From the NCBI GenBank assembly GCA_010909165.1, contig MU008199.1, forward strand, positions 266,248 to 330,247: a stretch of DNA of 64,000 nt, written 5' to 3'. Origin of the DNA: Anthoceros angustus (lineage: Eukaryota > Plantae > Anthocerotophyta). The notes under the pieces are model-generated. The model ran no database searches and was not told the DNA's origin. It was given only the letters and a program-made list of their open reading frames with translations. Positions 39,801 to 51,410 of this stretch are shown here, in pieces; position 1 is the stretch's first letter, and each line of letters opens with the position of its first letter. Both the position numbers and the translations under genes were made by a program.

Positions 39801-41223
39801 CCTGATCTTGGGTAACCATGTTACTTTCGCTTGCCTTCTGAAGGCCTGTGCTAGCACTCGTGCCTTATGGAAGGGCAGGAGCTGCACTCACAGATTGTGG
39901 GAAGAGGTCTGCTAGATAACATAGTGGTGGGCAACTGCCTGGTGGACATGTATGTAAAATGTGGTGAACTAGAAGATGCACGTAGGGTTTTTCAGAGCTT
40001 GACCAGAAAGGATGTGGTGACATGGAATGCCCTAATAGCTGGGTATGCACAGCAAGGGCTCTGTCAGGAGGCGCTTGTCCTGTATGCCGAAATGGAGGCG
40101 GCCTTATTTTGGCAAATCATATTACTTTACGTGCCTTCTGAATGCTTGTGCGTGCCTTACACGAGGGCAGGCAGCTGCACTGCAGATTGTGGAAAGAGGA
40201 GAGCTAGAACGTGATATATTGGTGGGGAACTGCCTGGTGGACATGTATGCCAAGTGTGGCGAACTGGAAGATGCACGTAGGGTTTTTGACAGCTTGGCCA
40301 CAAAAGATGTGGTGACATGGAATGCCCTGATAGCTGGGTATGGTACTTGTGATGAAGGTCACAACGCCTTAGCTTGTTTTGAGGAGATGATAGTTGCTGG
40401 TATGGAGCCTAATGATGCTACTTTTACTTGCCTTTTAGTAGCATGTGGCCATGAGGGACTGGTAACGGAGGGTCGGAAGCTCTTCGATGCCATGGTAGAG
40501 CAGCATGGCATCAAACCTACTATTCAGCATTACAACTGCATGGTTGATCTTCTTGCACGTGCAGGCCATTTAGATGAGGCAGAGAACATGTTGTTGTCAT
40601 GTGAGAGCCAAGACGATGTTGTAGGGTTGATGTCTTTGCTAAATGCCTGCAAAAGTCACGGGGACATGGAGAGGGCAACTCGGTGTTTTGAAACCATTGT
40701 TAAACTGGACCCTCAAGGGGCATCCGCATATGTGCTCATGGCAAATGTCTATGCAGATGCAGGTATGTGGGCAGATGTAGAGAGAATTGAAAAAAGGAGA
40801 ATGGTAGCAGGAGCTAGGAAGAAACCTGCAGTGGCAGGCATTGAGGTAAATGAGCAGGTACATACGTTTGTGGTGGGAGAAAACAGAGATGATCTCTCGC
40901 TCAAGGTAGAGACCATGAGCGCACGGCTGAAGGAAGAAGGGGGCCACGTACCACACACCAAGCTGGTGTTGAAGCAACTGTCTGAGAAGGAAAAGGAAGA
41001 TGCGCTTTGCGGGCATGCTGAGAAGCTAGCGTTGGCGTATGGTCTCTTGAATACTCCAAGCGGCACACCTCTGATGGTAACGAAGAATCTACGAATGTGC
41101 AGTGACTGCCACACGTCGACTGAGATCATGTCTAGGGTTGAAAAAAGAGACATTGTTGTAAGGGATGGATACCGTGTGCATCGATTCGCAGCTGGTTGTT
41201 GCAGCTGCAAGGGTCGACCGTGA
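36822..41223 (+). CDS. Gene B: PDF-motif / PLS-PPR / DYW:KP (GRP); about 8 internal triplets; 5' half matches gene C, 3' end matches gene A; many apparent frameshifts
   Basis: ATG 36822 (MGTVLQPDP) as in gene C. The frameshifts are 1-2 nt losses in homopolymers and no substitution stops were seen. ORF 40045-41223 carries a complete E1-E2-DYW:KP. May be functional, a pseudogene or partly misassembled. Confidence 0.65.
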
Positions 41224-41869
41224 GAATGACGACAAACTGGCCATTGTCTGATACGTCAAATGTTTCACCTTATTTGACGGTGGGATAGGTTTGAACTTCA
41301 CAGCTTGTAGACACTACCATATGAATGTGGAGACTTTATAAAAGGAACGACATGGGAAATCTCATCTACGCACTTATTTACCCTATATCTCCCAACCACT
41401 CCAGATGTTGTCGCGAGATATGGAAGGGTCTACTTACCACTAGTGTTGCCGATGCGCGTCTCCAGCACTCGTGATTGTCCTAAAGATTAGCCAACATCCT
41501 TTGCGGTGATGGAAACTGTTGAAATATGCCACGACACTAGAAAGGGGAGGCCAACCCCTGTCATTGTGGTAGGCCCTTGTGCGCTCCTTGATAAAACGAG
41601 AAAAAATCTTACACAAGGGCCCATGGGTTTCAATGGCAAGGGGATGAAAATGTGACCTTGCTGCATGGGCCTTTACTTGTAAGTTTTCTTAGTTGCGCCC
41701 CCTTCCGTCGACCAACCTGGAGGGTTGATAATTGACATAATTGACATGGTCGCTAATGGAGGGTTGATGATTGACATGGTCGCTAACAGAATCTTTGGTT
41801 GGGTCAGTGACAACCATGTCCGCAATCAAGGCCTCGTCTCCCCGCATCATGAAAAGGTCAGCTATGATA

Positions 41870-42112
41870 GAGACGCCATCGAGCAAAGTATACTTCTGTT
41901 CCTTGAACGGGAAGAAACTCGAGCAAAGTATACTTCTGTTCCTTGAACGGGAAGAAACCGCTTTCCTTGGCGGGAAGAAACCGCTTTCCTTGACGGGAAG
42001 GAACTGCTTTCCTTAGCGGGAAGAAACCGCTTTCCTTGGCAGGAAGAAACCGCTTTCCTTGGCGGGAAGAAACCGCTTTCCTTGGCGGGAAGAAACCGGT
42101 TTCCTTGGCCAT
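41870..42112. repeat. Minisatellite of 23-nt units, spacer copy 2
   Basis: ggcgggaagaaaccgctttcctt repeated about 8 times. It lies within spacer 41224-42619, which duplicates 35461-36821. Confidence 0.85.
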
Positions 42113-42619
42113 CGAGAACATGACATCTCGAACGGTGGCGTGTGTAGCAATACATTGTCCACCCATTGGACATCGCACTAAGTGGGTCCCAGGGGCGTCA
42201 ATGGAGGCCCCATAGCAGCAGGTCGAACCAGAGCAGGTTAGTGGACCAGCCCAGGCAAAACCTCGTAGCTGGCCGGAAGAGACCAGCCCAGGCTTAACCT
42301 CATAGCTGGCCGGAAGGGAAGAGAATATGCTAGTGGTTGGACAAGTCTGAGTGAAACCTCGTAATGGTAGAAAAAGAAGCTAGTGCCACACTACATACAA
42401 AATGTATGTACATGATTGAGTAAAGAATATTTTACCCCTAGCTATGTGCATAAACACCTCCATCGGCTTTCGGATGCCGGAATGTGTGTCCTTGCCATGG
42501 GAAAACCGTTCACATGCACTGCGATTGTGAACAGCGTGTTGTTGGGCATGCACAGTAGCTAGGCATCCTAGCACGGCCCGCACGGTTGCTTGGTCTCTGA
42601 AAGCGGAGCAGGCTGTAAG

Positions 42620-45600
42620 ATGGGCACAGTATTGCAACCAGATCCGGTATGGTCGCGACCAATTGCTGGGTGTACAGGAATTGTAAAAGGAGATACCGCT
42701 CGCTTCACTTTAGGGACCCAGACGGTAGCGCCTAAGGATGCCTCGAGGTGCAGCAGTGTCAGGAACCCAGGACTGCGGAGGAAATCCATGGCTGGGGAAG
42801 TATTACCCGCCGACGGTCGTCGGCAGGAGCTGGAGCTCTTGTGTCGACAGTTTTTTCTGGACCCTACCATGTGGTGGGACAACAGGCGAGGTGAGAAGAG
42901 TTCCCGTTCGCCTGACTTCCGGCGGAAAGGGTCCGGCGAGATCCTCTGGCTAGACAACTCTTCCAATCCCGCTTGGGTGGATGCTCAGCTCGGTGCTCGA
43001 TATGCATATCGGTCATGCTGCCTCTCCTTCAAGTCGTGTATTTCCGACAAGCCTGAGCCTCGGAGGCCTGCTGGATCAGAAATGAGCGTAACAGCTGTAA
43101 CCGTGAGCACGTTATGTCAGCAAGGGAAGCTTACCGAGGCCGTTGTAGCCCTGGAAGAGTTGGCGGAGACATACTTTCCTATTTCTCAGTCTCTGTTGTA
43201 TACTGTTCTGAAACTGTGTGCAGCAAAGAAGGATTTGGTTGTGGGGCGACGAGTTCATGATCTCACTGTCAAACTTGGGTATGAGTCGAATACGTACTTG
43301 GGAAACCACATTTTGCGCATGTATGCCTGTGGAGGTAGGTTACAAGAGGCCATGGATGTGTTCACCAGAGTGGGGAAACCCGATGCCTTCATGTGGGGTT
43401 CCATGATCTCCGCACATGCTAAACACGGAAAGCCTAATGAGGCCATACAACTATACCATGAAATGTGCAGCTCTGGGGTGAAACCGGATGCTCACGTCTT
43501 TGTAGCTGCCCTCCAAGCTTGTGCACTTGCCACGGACATGGAATCTGGCACAAAAGTGCACTCTGATGTGTTGCAGAGTGGCATTCCTCCTAACTTGTTT
43601 GTCGGCAGCTGCCTGGTGGACATGTATGCAAAATGTGGCGAACTGGAAGGTGCACGCCAGGTGTTTGACAGCTTGGCCACAAAGGATGTGGTGACCTGGA
43701 CGGCCCTGATAGCTGGGTATGCAAATCATGGGCTCGGTCAAGAGGCGCTTGTACTGTATGAACAAATGGAGCAACAGGGCCTGATTCTGAGTAACCCTGT
43801 TACGTTTGCTTGCCTCCTGAAGGCTTGTGCAAGCGCCGGTGACCTACAGACTGGCAGACAGCTGCACTCACAGATTCTGGGAAGAGGAGAGCTACAAAAT
43901 GACATACTGGTCTGCAACTGCTTGTTGGACATGTATGCAAAATGTGGCGAACTAGACGATGCACGACAGGTGTTTGACAGCTTGGCCACAAAGGATGTGG
44001 TGACATGGACGGCCCTTATAGCTGGGTATGCAAATCATGGGCTCGGTGAAGAGGCGCTTGTTCTATATGGACACATGGAGCAAGAGGGCCTGATCTTGGG
44101 TAACCATGTTACTTTCGCTTGCCTTCTGAAGGCCTGTGCTAGCACTCGTGCCTTATGGAAGGGCAGGGAGCTGCACTCACAGATTGTGGGAAGAGGTCTG
44201 CTAGATAACATAGTGGTGGGCAACTGCCTGGTGGACATGTATGCAAAATGTGGCGAACTAGACGATGCACAGGTGTTTGACAGCTTGACCAGAAAGGATG
44301 TGGTGACATGGAATGCCCTAATAGCTGGGTATGCACAGCAAGGGCTCGGTGAAGAGGCGCTTGTTCTATATGGACACATGGAGCAAGAGGGCCTGATCTT
44401 GGGTAACCATGTTACTTTCGCTTGCCTTCTGAAGGCCTGTGCTAGCACTCGTGCCTTATGGAAGGGCAGGGAGCTGCACTCACAGATTGTGGGAAGAGGT
44501 CTGCTAGATAACATAGTGGTGGGCAACTGCCTGGTGGACATGTATGTAAAATGTGGTGAACTAGAAGATGCACGTAGGGTTTTTCAGAGCTTGACCAGAA
44601 AGGATGTGGTGACATGGAATGCCCTAATAGCTGGGTATGCACAGCAAGGGCTCTGTCAGGAGGCGCTTGTCCTGTATGCCGAAATGGAGCGGGGCGGCCT
44701 TATTTTGGCAAATCATATTACTTTTACGTGCCTTCTGAATGCTTGTACAATTGCCGGTGCCTTACACGAGGGCAGGCAGCTGCACTTGCAGATTGTGGAA
44801 AGAGGAGAGCTAGAACGTGATATATTGGTGGGGAACTGCCTGGTGGACATGTATGCCAAGTGTGGCGAACTGGAAGAAGCACGCAGGGTTTTCGACAGTT
44901 TATCCGCCAAGGATGTGGTGACATGGAATGCCCTGATAGATGGGTATGGTACTTGTGATCAAGGTCACAACGCCTTAGCTTGTTTTGAGGAGATGATAGT
45001 TGCTGGTATGGAGCCTAATGATGCTACTTTTACGTGCCTTTTAGTAGCATGCGGTCACAAGGGACTGGTGAATGAGGGTCGAAAGCACTTCGATGCCATG
45101 GTTGAACACCATGGCATCAAACCCACTGTTCAGCATCACAATTGCATGATTGATCTTCTAGGGCGTGCAGGCCATTTAGATGAGGCAGAGAACATGCTAT
45201 TATCATGTGACAGCCAGAACAACGTTGTGGGATTGACTTCTTTACTGAATGCCTGCAAAAGTCATGGGGATATAGAGAGGGCGACTAGGTGTTTCGAAAG
45301 TCTTATAACACTGGACCCTCAGCGGGCATCCTCATACGTGCTTATGGCCAATGTCTATGCAGATGCAGGGAGGTGGACAGATGTAGACAGGATTGAAAGA
45401 CAGAGGATGGTAGCAGGAGCTAGGAAGAAACCTGCTGTGGCGGGCATTGAGGTAAAGGAGCAGGTACATACGTTTGTGGTGGGAGAACACAGAGATGATA
45501 TCTCGCTCAAGGTAGACAGCATGAATGTACGTCTGAAGGAGGAGGGCGGCCATGTACCTCACACAAAGTTGGTGTTGAAGCCACTGTCTGAGAAGGGAAA

Positions 45601-45829
45601 GGAAGATGCGCTTTGCGGGCATGCTGAGAAGCTAGCTCTGGCGTATGGTCTCTTGAACACTCCGAGTGGCACTCCTCTGCTGGTAACGAAGAATCTACGC
45701 ATGTGCAGTGACTGCCACAGTTCGACCGAAATCATGTCAAGGGTTGAAAAGAGAGACATTGTGGTGAGGGATGCGTACCGTGTGCATCGCTTTACAGCTG
45801 GTTCTTGCAGTTGTAATGGTCAACCATGA
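42620..45829 (+). CDS. Gene C: PDF-motif / PLS-PPR / E1-E2 / DYW:KP protein ending GQP (4 internal triplets); only copy with an uninterrupted ORF
   Basis: Single ORF 42590-45829 with first ATG at 42620. PDF motif 42824-42991. KP box at 45428, HAEK at 45620-45631, CSDCH, CNGQP*. Confidence 0.93.
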   Translation: MGTVLQPDPVWSRPIAGCTGIVKGDTARFTLGTQTVAPKDASRCSSVRNPGLRRKSMAGEVLPADGRRQELELLCRQFFLDPTMWWDNRRGEKSSRSPDFRRKGSGEILWLDNSSNPAWVDAQLGARYAYRSCCLSFKSCISDKPEPRRPAGSEMSVTAVTVSTLCQQGKLTEAVVALEELAETYFPISQSLLYTVLKLCAAKKDLVVGRRVHDLTVKLGYESNTYLGNHILRMYACGGRLQEAMDVFTRVGKPDAFMWGSMISAHAKHGKPNEAIQLYHEMCSSGVKPDAHVFVAALQACALATDMESGTKVHSDVLQSGIPPNLFVGSCLVDMYAKCGELEGARQVFDSLATKDVVTWTALIAGYANHGLGQEALVLYEQMEQQGLILSNPVTFACLLKACASAGDLQTGRQLHSQILGRGELQNDILVCNCLLDMYAKCGELDDARQVFDSLATKDVVTWTALIAGYANHGLGEEALVLYGHMEQEGLILGNHVTFACLLKACASTRALWKGRELHSQIVGRGLLDNIVVGNCLVDMYAKCGELDDAQVFDSLTRKDVVTWNALIAGYAQQGLGEEALVLYGHMEQEGLILGNHVTFACLLKACASTRALWKGRELHSQIVGRGLLDNIVVGNCLVDMYVKCGELEDARRVFQSLTRKDVVTWNALIAGYAQQGLCQEALVLYAEMERGGLILANHITFTCLLNACTIAGALHEGRQLHLQIVERGELERDILVGNCLVDMYAKCGELEEARRVFDSLSAKDVVTWNALIDGYGTCDQGHNALACFEEMIVAGMEPNDATFTCLLVACGHKGLVNEGRKHFDAMVEHHGIKPTVQHHNCMIDLLGRAGHLDEAENMLLSCDSQNNVVGLTSLLNACKSHGDIERATRCFESLITLDPQRASSYVLMANVYADAGRWTDVDRIERQRMVAGARKKPAVAGIEVKEQVHTFVVGEHRDDISLKVDSMNVRLKEEGGHVPHTKLVLKPLSEKGKEDALCGHAEKLALAYGLLNTPSGTPLLVTKNLRMCSDCHSSTEIMSRVEKRDIVVRDAYRVHRFTAGSCSCNGQP

Positions 45830-45834
45830 GAATG

Positions 45835-46260
45835 AACGCTTAATGCAAGCGAAGTCACAGGATATAGAGAGGGTGACGCGGTGTTTTGAAAGTCTTGTCA
45901 GACTGGACCCTGAGCTAGGGGGCATCCTCATATGTGCTCATGGCCCCTCTCTATGCAGGATGAGGGGCGTGGACGAGTGAGAATAGGATTGAAAGACAGT
46001 CAATGGTAGCAGGAGCTTTGAAGAGTCTGCACTTGCAAGCATTGTGGTAAAGCAGCGGGCACATATATTTGTTCCGGGAGAAAACAGGCATGATTTTTCG
46101 ACACTAAGTCGAGAGCATGCATGTTGCCTGAAGGAGGAAAGGGCCCACGTAACGCAACCGAAATTGGTGGTGAAGCCATTAAAGGAAGGTGGGCTTTGAG
46201 GGTATGTTGAGAAGGTAGCCCTTGCCGGGGGCTTCGACGTCTTAGTCGACGTGTTTCAAG
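45835..46260 (+). pseudogene. Degenerate orphan E1-E2-DYW:KP fragment directly after gene C
   Basis: KSQDIERVTRCFESLVRLDP..ASSYVLMA..RIERQSMVAGA..HIFV.GENR..LKEE.GHV..KLVVKPL, all decayed. Confidence 0.75.
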
Positions 46261-46934
46261 AAAAAGGATCAAATTGTCTGGTCAAGATATGTGCCAAGGC
46301 AGCCTAGCTGATCACAGTGGGAAAAACGCCGGGGAGACATGCTTCAGTAGCAGTGATAGAACAGCGATATCGATCATGCTGTCCGCGACACCAGATCAGG
46401 GCAGGGGGCGTAAGCATAACGCTGCCGAACTTGGCAGCTGCAGTGATCGAAAGTGTTATCCACTCACAGATCCTGTTACGGCCTCTAGCTATCCCCTTTC
46501 CCTTCACATCTTGACGCTTGTGAATGTTCCTCCGCCGTCAGGTGCCACTTGGTCCGACTCCCTCGAGGGGAATAAATGCTTGGAGCAATGTAAGAACGGG
46601 ACGTTTGTGCACGGATCTGAAATGTCTTGTACGTGTAATATCAAGTCCACCAGGGACTGGTCCGTTCTCACGGGACTAAATCAACTTGGTTAATGACATT
46701 GGTATTCCAGGTCAAAATTGCTCAAGAAAAACACCTTCCAAAAGTTTGGATGGCCCACGAAGGCATGATGAATATTTATGATGCGAAATGATACACATGT
46801 TCGACCCCAAAAGGGCCAGCCGACCAGCCATCTTTGGGCACTGTAAAGTAATCATATCTTATGATAATTTTACAATTTTATTTAATTATTAAATAAAATT
46901 AAAATATAATGTGATGACGAAAACTTTCTCACAA

Positions 46935-47490
46935 GTGGAGGAGGATACAAGAGGGAGGATGCAGGAAGGAGGGAGGGATGGCGGGTGGAAATGATTGGGG
47001 GAGGATGCCGGAGCAATGCCGGGTGGAAATGATTGGGGGAGGATGTAGGAGGATGCGGGAGGGAGTGATGGCAGGTTGGAGTGATTGTGGGAGGATATAG
47101 GAGGTGCAGGAGGGAGCGGTGATGCGGAGAAGGGAAGAGTATTGTGGGTGCCAAAAATATGACTAATCAATCATCAGATATGGGGGTTGTTGATGTGGGT
47201 GTAGGCAAAGAGTATTGTGAATTCTAAAATATGAATGATCAATCATCCAATATGGGTTTTGAAGAGTATTATGAGTGCTAAAATTTGAATGATCAATCAT
47301 CGGATATGGGTTCTTGAAGAGTATTGTGAGTGCTAAAATTTGAATCGATCGTTTCATATTTCTTCCGAAGTGTTGGAATTCTTGGAGACATGTGGCCAGG
47401 AGCTCTTTGCACCTTCCTTTCTTCCGAAGTTTGAAGTGTTGGAATTCTTGGAGACATGTGACCAGGCTCTTTGCACCTTCCTTCTGTCCT
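46935..47490. repeat. G-rich ggaaatgattgggggaggatg repeats followed by 60-nt gaagagtattgtgagtgctaaaatttgaat units (4-5 copies) and a 2-copy gttggaattcttggagacatgtg unit
   Basis: Directly visible; the same block recurs at 63195-63770. Confidence 0.75.
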
Positions 47491-48186
47491 CATGAGCGGT
47501 CATATTTGATATGCATATTTGATATGCCCACCACTGACTTCCAAAATTAGTTGCTTTTTGTTTTTTAATTTTAGCATCATACGATATATTTTCCAATCCT
47601 TTACAATCCCTTTGTATCTTAATTTACATCTGATTTTAGAATTATTAAAATAATAGTTCTCGAATCCACGAGGTAGCGATTGTTTGAGCAAATTACCGTC
47701 TTCAATAGCCCAATATTTCGTGGCTTTATTCTTCAGTGGCCCTATACCACCGCTCGCTACTCGCAGCTCTGGGCTAGGTCCCGCAGCCTGCCTCCCTTCC
47801 GCATCGTCGATGCTTGAGTTTCAACTTCAAGATCGTCTGTGTGATACACTAACTGTTGATATAGATACACTCACTGAACTATTTGCTAGTTTATCTTACA
47901 AAAACCCGAACTAGCTTAGTCCCCGTGACAAATATCGGTTGTGACAACTAGCAATTTTCCGCCAGGTACTCCGGATTCTTGCAGTCGGGAATGTTTGGTT
48001 TTGCATGCCATTCAACAGGAGCTGCAGAATATGTAATGTTTTTTCAGGAGCTGCTGTGGACTGATAATTCGTATCATCAGCTTAGCAGAGTCCGATGTCA
48101 TCCAGCCAGCTCCAACTGGGCGCCTGCTGATCCTTCTCCCAACACCCAGATGTAACAATCCACCTGCTGGACACATTCCATCTTTC

Positions 48187-50781
48187 TCACGGTCTACCCT
48201 CGCAACTGCAAGAACCAGCTGTGAATCGATGCACGCGGTACGCATCCCTCACCACGATGTCCCTCTTTTCAACCCTTGACATGATTGCAGTGGAAGTGTG
48301 GCAGTCACTACACATGCGGAGATTCTTCGTTACCAGCAGAGGTGTGCCGCTCGGAGTTTTCAAGAGGCCGTACGCCAGAGCTAGCTTCTCAGCATGCCCA
48401 CAAAGTGCATCCTCCTTTTCCTTCTCAGACAATGGCTTCAACACCAATTTTGTGTGTGGTACATGGCCCCCTTCCTGCTTCAGACGTCCATTCACACTCT
48501 CTACCTTGAGAGAAATATCGTCCCTGTTTTCTCCTACCACAAATGTATGTATTTCCTCCTCTACCTCAATGCCTGCCACTGCAGGTTTCTTCTTAGCTCC
48601 TGCTGTCATTCTCTGTCTCTCAATCCTCTCTACATCTGTCCACCTCCCAGCATCTGCATACCCATTGGCCATGAGCACATATGCAGATGCACCCTGAGGG
48701 TCAAGTCTAACAAGACTTTCAAAACACCGTGTCGCCCTCTCCATATCCCCGTGACTTTTGCAGGCATTCAGCAACGACGTCAACCCCACAACATTGTTTT
48801 GACTCTCACAAGATAATAGCATGCTCTCTGCCTCATCTAAGTGGCCTGCACGCCCCAGAAGATCAATCATACAGTTGTAATGCTGAAGAGTAGGTTTCAT
48901 GCCATGCTGTTCAACCATAACATCGAAGTGCTTGCGCCCCTCGTACACCAGTCCCTCATGCCCACATGCTACAAAAAGACAAGTAAAAGTAGCATCATCG
49001 GGCTGAATACCAGCCACCAACATCTCCTCAACAAGCTAGTGCTTTCCTACCTCCATCACAACTACCATAACCAGCTATCAGGGCATTCCATGTCACAACG
49101 TCCTTAGTGGCCAAGCTGTCAAAAACCCGGCGTGCATCCTCCAATTCGCCACATTTTGCATACATGTCCACCAGGCCAGTGCCCACCAGTGCGTTATCTA
49201 GCTGTCCTCTTTCCACAATCTGTGAGTGGAGCTGCCTGCCCTTCTGCAAGGCACCAGCGCCAGCACAGGCCTTCAAAAGGCAAGCATAAGTAACATGGTT
49301 ACCCAAAATCAGGCCCTCTTGCTCCATTTGTCTATAGAGAACCAGCGCCTCTTGATCGAGGCCTTGGTTTGCATACCCTGCTATCAGGGCAGTCCATATC
49401 ACAACATCCTTTGTGGCCAAGCTGTCAAAAACTGTACGCGCGTCTTCCATTTCACCACATTTTGCGTACATGTCCACCAGGCAGGTGCGCACCAGTGTGT
49501 TATCTAGTTCTCTTCTTTCCACAATCTCTGAGTGCAGCTGCCTACCTTTCTGCAAATCACCAGCGCTCGCACAGGCCTTCAGAAGGCAAGACACAGTAAC
49601 AGGGTTAGCCAAAATCCGATCCTCTTGCCCCATTCGTTCATACAGTCCAAAAACCTCATCACTGAGCCCATGATTTACATAACCAGCTATGAGAGCATTC
49701 CACGTCACCACATTTTTTGTGGTCAAGCTGTCAAATACACGCCGTGCATCTTTCAGTTGTCCACATTTTGCATACATGTCCACCAGGCAGCTGCCAACAA
49801 ACAAGTTAGGAGAAAGGCCACTGTGCAAGACATCATAGTGCACTTTCCTGCCAGATTCCAGGTCGGCGGCAAATGCGCAAGCTTGAAGCGCAGCTACAAA
49901 GACATGAGCATCCGGCTTCACCACTGAGCTACGCATCTCGTGGTACAGTCGTATGGCCTCATTAGGTTTCCCATGCTTAGCATGGGCAGAGATTATGGAA
50001 AACCACATGAAGGCATCTGGTTTGCCCACCCTGGTGAACACATCCATGGCCAATTGTAACTCACCTACACCTGCATACATCCGCAATATATGGTTCCCCA
50101 AGTACGTATTCGACTCGTATCCCAGATTGATAATGAGATCATGAACCCGTCGCCCCACAACCAGATTCTTCTTAGCCGCGCACAGTTTCAGTATAGCATA
50201 AAACAGAGACTGAGAAACAGGACAGTCCCCCTGCGCCAGAAATTCCAGGGCGGCGACGGCCTCACTGAGCTTCCCTTGCTCACATAACGTGCTCACGGTT
50301 TCAGGAGTTATGCCCATGTCGGATCCTGCAGGCCTGCCAGGCTCAGGCTTACCTGAAACGCTCGACTTCGACGTAGAGGCACCATGCCCCATCCGCATGT
50401 CCAAAGCAACGAGCTGCTCATCCACCCAAGCTGGATTGGAGGAGTTGTCTAACCAGAGGACCTCACCAGACCCTCACGGCGGAAGTCAGGCGAACGGGAG
50501 CTCTTCTTATCTCGCCTGTTATCCCACCACATGGTAGGGTGAAGAAAAAACTCTCGCCACAAGCGCTCCAGCTCCTGGCGACGATCGTCGCTGGATAATG
50601 CCTCCCCAGCCATGTATTTCCTCCGCAGTGCTGAGTTCATCACCCTCCTCCACCTCGAGGCTTCGTTGCTTGCCAGCGGCTGCCTGCTGAAAGTGCGGCG
50701 TGCGGGAGCTCCTGATAGACTCCCCGCACACCCACCAATTGGTTGAGTCCATAACGGATCCGGTTGCCATATGGTGGTCAT
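48187..50781 (-). CDS. Gene D: PDF-motif / PLS-PPR / DYW:KP protein ending GRP; shortest copy (2 internal triplets)
   Basis: ATG 50781 (MTTIWQPDP). Three ORF pieces are joined by a missing G (about 50472) and missing TT (about 49030), both in homopolymers. Motifs KKPAVAGIEV, HAEK, CSDCH, CEGRP*. Confidence 0.87.
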
Positions 50782-51324
50782 GTCACAGGCACCGCTGTTG
50801 GGAGACGAGACGCAGCACAAACTTTGCAGTACCAGGCTTCCTAGCTATGTGCTGTGCACCACCAATAAAAATGCAGCGGCCACACATGCTTAGCAAAGGC
50901 AGCGTGCACCACACCGTCCGACGTACAACAAGCACGTGCACGTCCTCAGATCTATGCAAACCAGCCAAATTGTGATCGTCTCCACCTCGTGCCCGCACCC
51001 GCGCTCATAGTATGGGCCCATTACCTATTGCCAAACAAAGGTCGTGGATCGCTTACGATTCCGCCTTCTGGGAACCCCTTCGGACTCCTAGTTCATGTCT
51101 ACTGCAGCGTGCACTCCTCTCTCGGACACACCAAAGCAAGTCGGTTGAAAGTTGGACAAATTCGGTAACGTTTTAAAAGTGATGGACCGAATTTCCGCTC
51201 ATGATCCATGGCTCCGTTCAAGAAATCCGTTCATACGATCGGCATACCGTAGGCTTATTACAGACCACAAAAATAATTATTATTTTAATATTATAATTAA
51301 ATAATATTTAAACTATTTAAATTC

Positions 51325-51410
51325 CTGATTAATTTCCATCAGATTGCTGATTAATGTCCATCAGATTGCTGATTAATTTCCATCAGATTGCTAATTAATT
51401 TCCATCAAAT
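51325..51410. repeat. 22-nt tandem repeat CTGATTAATTTCCATCAGATTG x4
   Basis: Directly visible in the D-E intergenic region. Confidence 0.85.

Noticed and set aside
46935-47140. G-rich tract as a Pro/His-rich coding exon or functional G-quadruplex
   Set aside because: Low-complexity repeat; the ORFs are compositional artefacts and there is no evidence of function.
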